The position numbers were made by a program, and so were the translations under genes. A stretch of 32,000 nucleotides of DNA from assembly GCA_016700015.1 (NCBI GenBank), contig CP064995.1, positions 540,001-572,000 on the forward strand. The letters run 5' to 3'. The notes below the pieces were generated by a model. It did no database searches and was not told where the DNA came from. It worked only from the letters and a program-made list of their open reading frames with translations. Positions 31,530 through 32,000 of this stretch are shown in pieces; within the stretch, counting starts at the first letter, position 1, and each line of letters begins with the position of its first letter. This stretch comes from Candidatus Saccharimonadota bacterium. GTDB taxonomy: Bacteria > Patescibacteriota > Saccharimonadia > Saccharimonadales > Saccharimonadaceae.

Positions 31530-32000
31530 ATCTAGGCTCCATTATAGTACTGTGTGACGTAAACTGCGAGAGCTGGTAGACGAGCCCGAGTGCACCGGCC
31601 ACAAACACCATGCTTGTACCGCCAAAACTGAGTAGCGGCAGCGTGATGCCGGTAAGCGGCACGAGGCCGATCATTGATGCGACATTTAGCACCACATGCG
31701 CCGCCAGCCATCCAAAAACTCCAGCAACAGCCAGTTTCATAGTCATATCAGTCAACCTATCAGCAATCCGTAAAATGCGCAGTAACAGCGCTCCGAACAA
31801 GCCTAAAATCACCGTTACGCCGACAAAACCAAAGATTTCGCCCATAATAGCAAACACTGAATCATTAATCGCTTCAGGTAAATAGCCGGTTGCCTGTATA
31901 CTATTACCGATCCCTAGCCCCACTAAACCCCCCGTACCGAGAGCAATCATAGCATTTTTAATATGATAGTTACTGTCGTCGGCTGCTGCATGCGAACTGT
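31456..32000 (-). CDS. ftsW: SEDS-family peptidoglycan polymerase FtsW/RodA (N-terminus outside the window)
   Basis: The frame stays open beyond the track's internal Met (31950) to the window edge: ...DDSNYHIKNAMIALGTGGLVGLGIGNSIQATGYLPEAINDSVFAIMGEIFG...TGITLPLLSFGGTSMV. These are the conserved SEDS C-terminal motifs. The 3' end overlaps murG by 74 nt. Confidence 0.9.
   Translation of the reverse strand, partial: SSHAAADDSNYHIKNAMIALGTGGLVGLGIGNSIQATGYLPEAINDSVFAIMGEIFGFVGVTVILGLFGALLLRILRIADRLTDMTMKLAVAGVFGWLAAHVVLNVASMIGLVPLTGITLPLLSFGGTSMVFVAGALGLVYQLSQFTSHSTIMEPRYENSSSRRRIGGSRHPSRRGFTRA

Noticed and set aside
1-32000. Search for tRNA, rRNA, CRISPR arrays, transposases, integrases and IS inverted repeats.
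   Set aside because: I spotted no T-arm/acceptor-like cloverleaf candidates in any intergenic spacer, no regularly spaced direct repeats, and no ORF with DDE, tyrosine- or serine-recombinase motifs. The 21-bp direct repeat is the only repeat longer than about 11 nt that I could find by eye.

Overview
Gene-dense 32-kb bacterial chromosomal segment. I call 31 protein-coding regions, with strongly AT-rich intergenic spacers that carry sigma70-type promoters and clear rho-independent terminators. No rRNA, tRNA, CRISPR array, transposase or integrase was found. Confident housekeeping genes are der, pth, dprA, topA, murG, ftsW (5' end off the window) and an ftsQ-like gene. Also recognisable are an RsuA/RluB-type pseudouridine synthase, an MMPL/RND transporter, a ZIP metal transporter, an M50-like membrane metalloprotease, a PAS histidine kinase with a receiver-only response regulator, and an alpha/beta hydrolase. 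Between these sit many proteins of unknown function. The architectures fit a Patescibacteria/CPR (Saccharibacteria-like) genome: a sigma-region-4 plus tandem HARE-HTH protein, an orphan TraD/VirD4-like ATPase, many tiny membrane proteins, a truncated dcw cluster, and frequent leaderless-looking starts. That taxonomic guess is inference only. Items most worth follow-up are listed here. (1) An unassigned, about 300-nt structured RNA with its own promoter and terminator, upstream of the ZIP transporter (17315-17613, minus). (2) A T4SS-like trio at the left edge, including an ORF missing from the supplied track. (3) The 21.6-27 kb neighbourhood holding the sigma-r4/HARE-HTH protein and the TraD/VirD4-like ATPase. 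(4) A nucleoside-deoxyribosyltransferase-like/HIT fusion protein. (5) An 800-bp non-coding AT-rich block flanked by a perfect 21-bp direct repeat, exactly where ftsA-ftsZ would normally follow ftsQ. (6) An island of five small membrane proteins. (7) A perfect consensus promoter firing antisense with no ORF behind it. All functional calls come from motifs I could read by eye; no database search was run.
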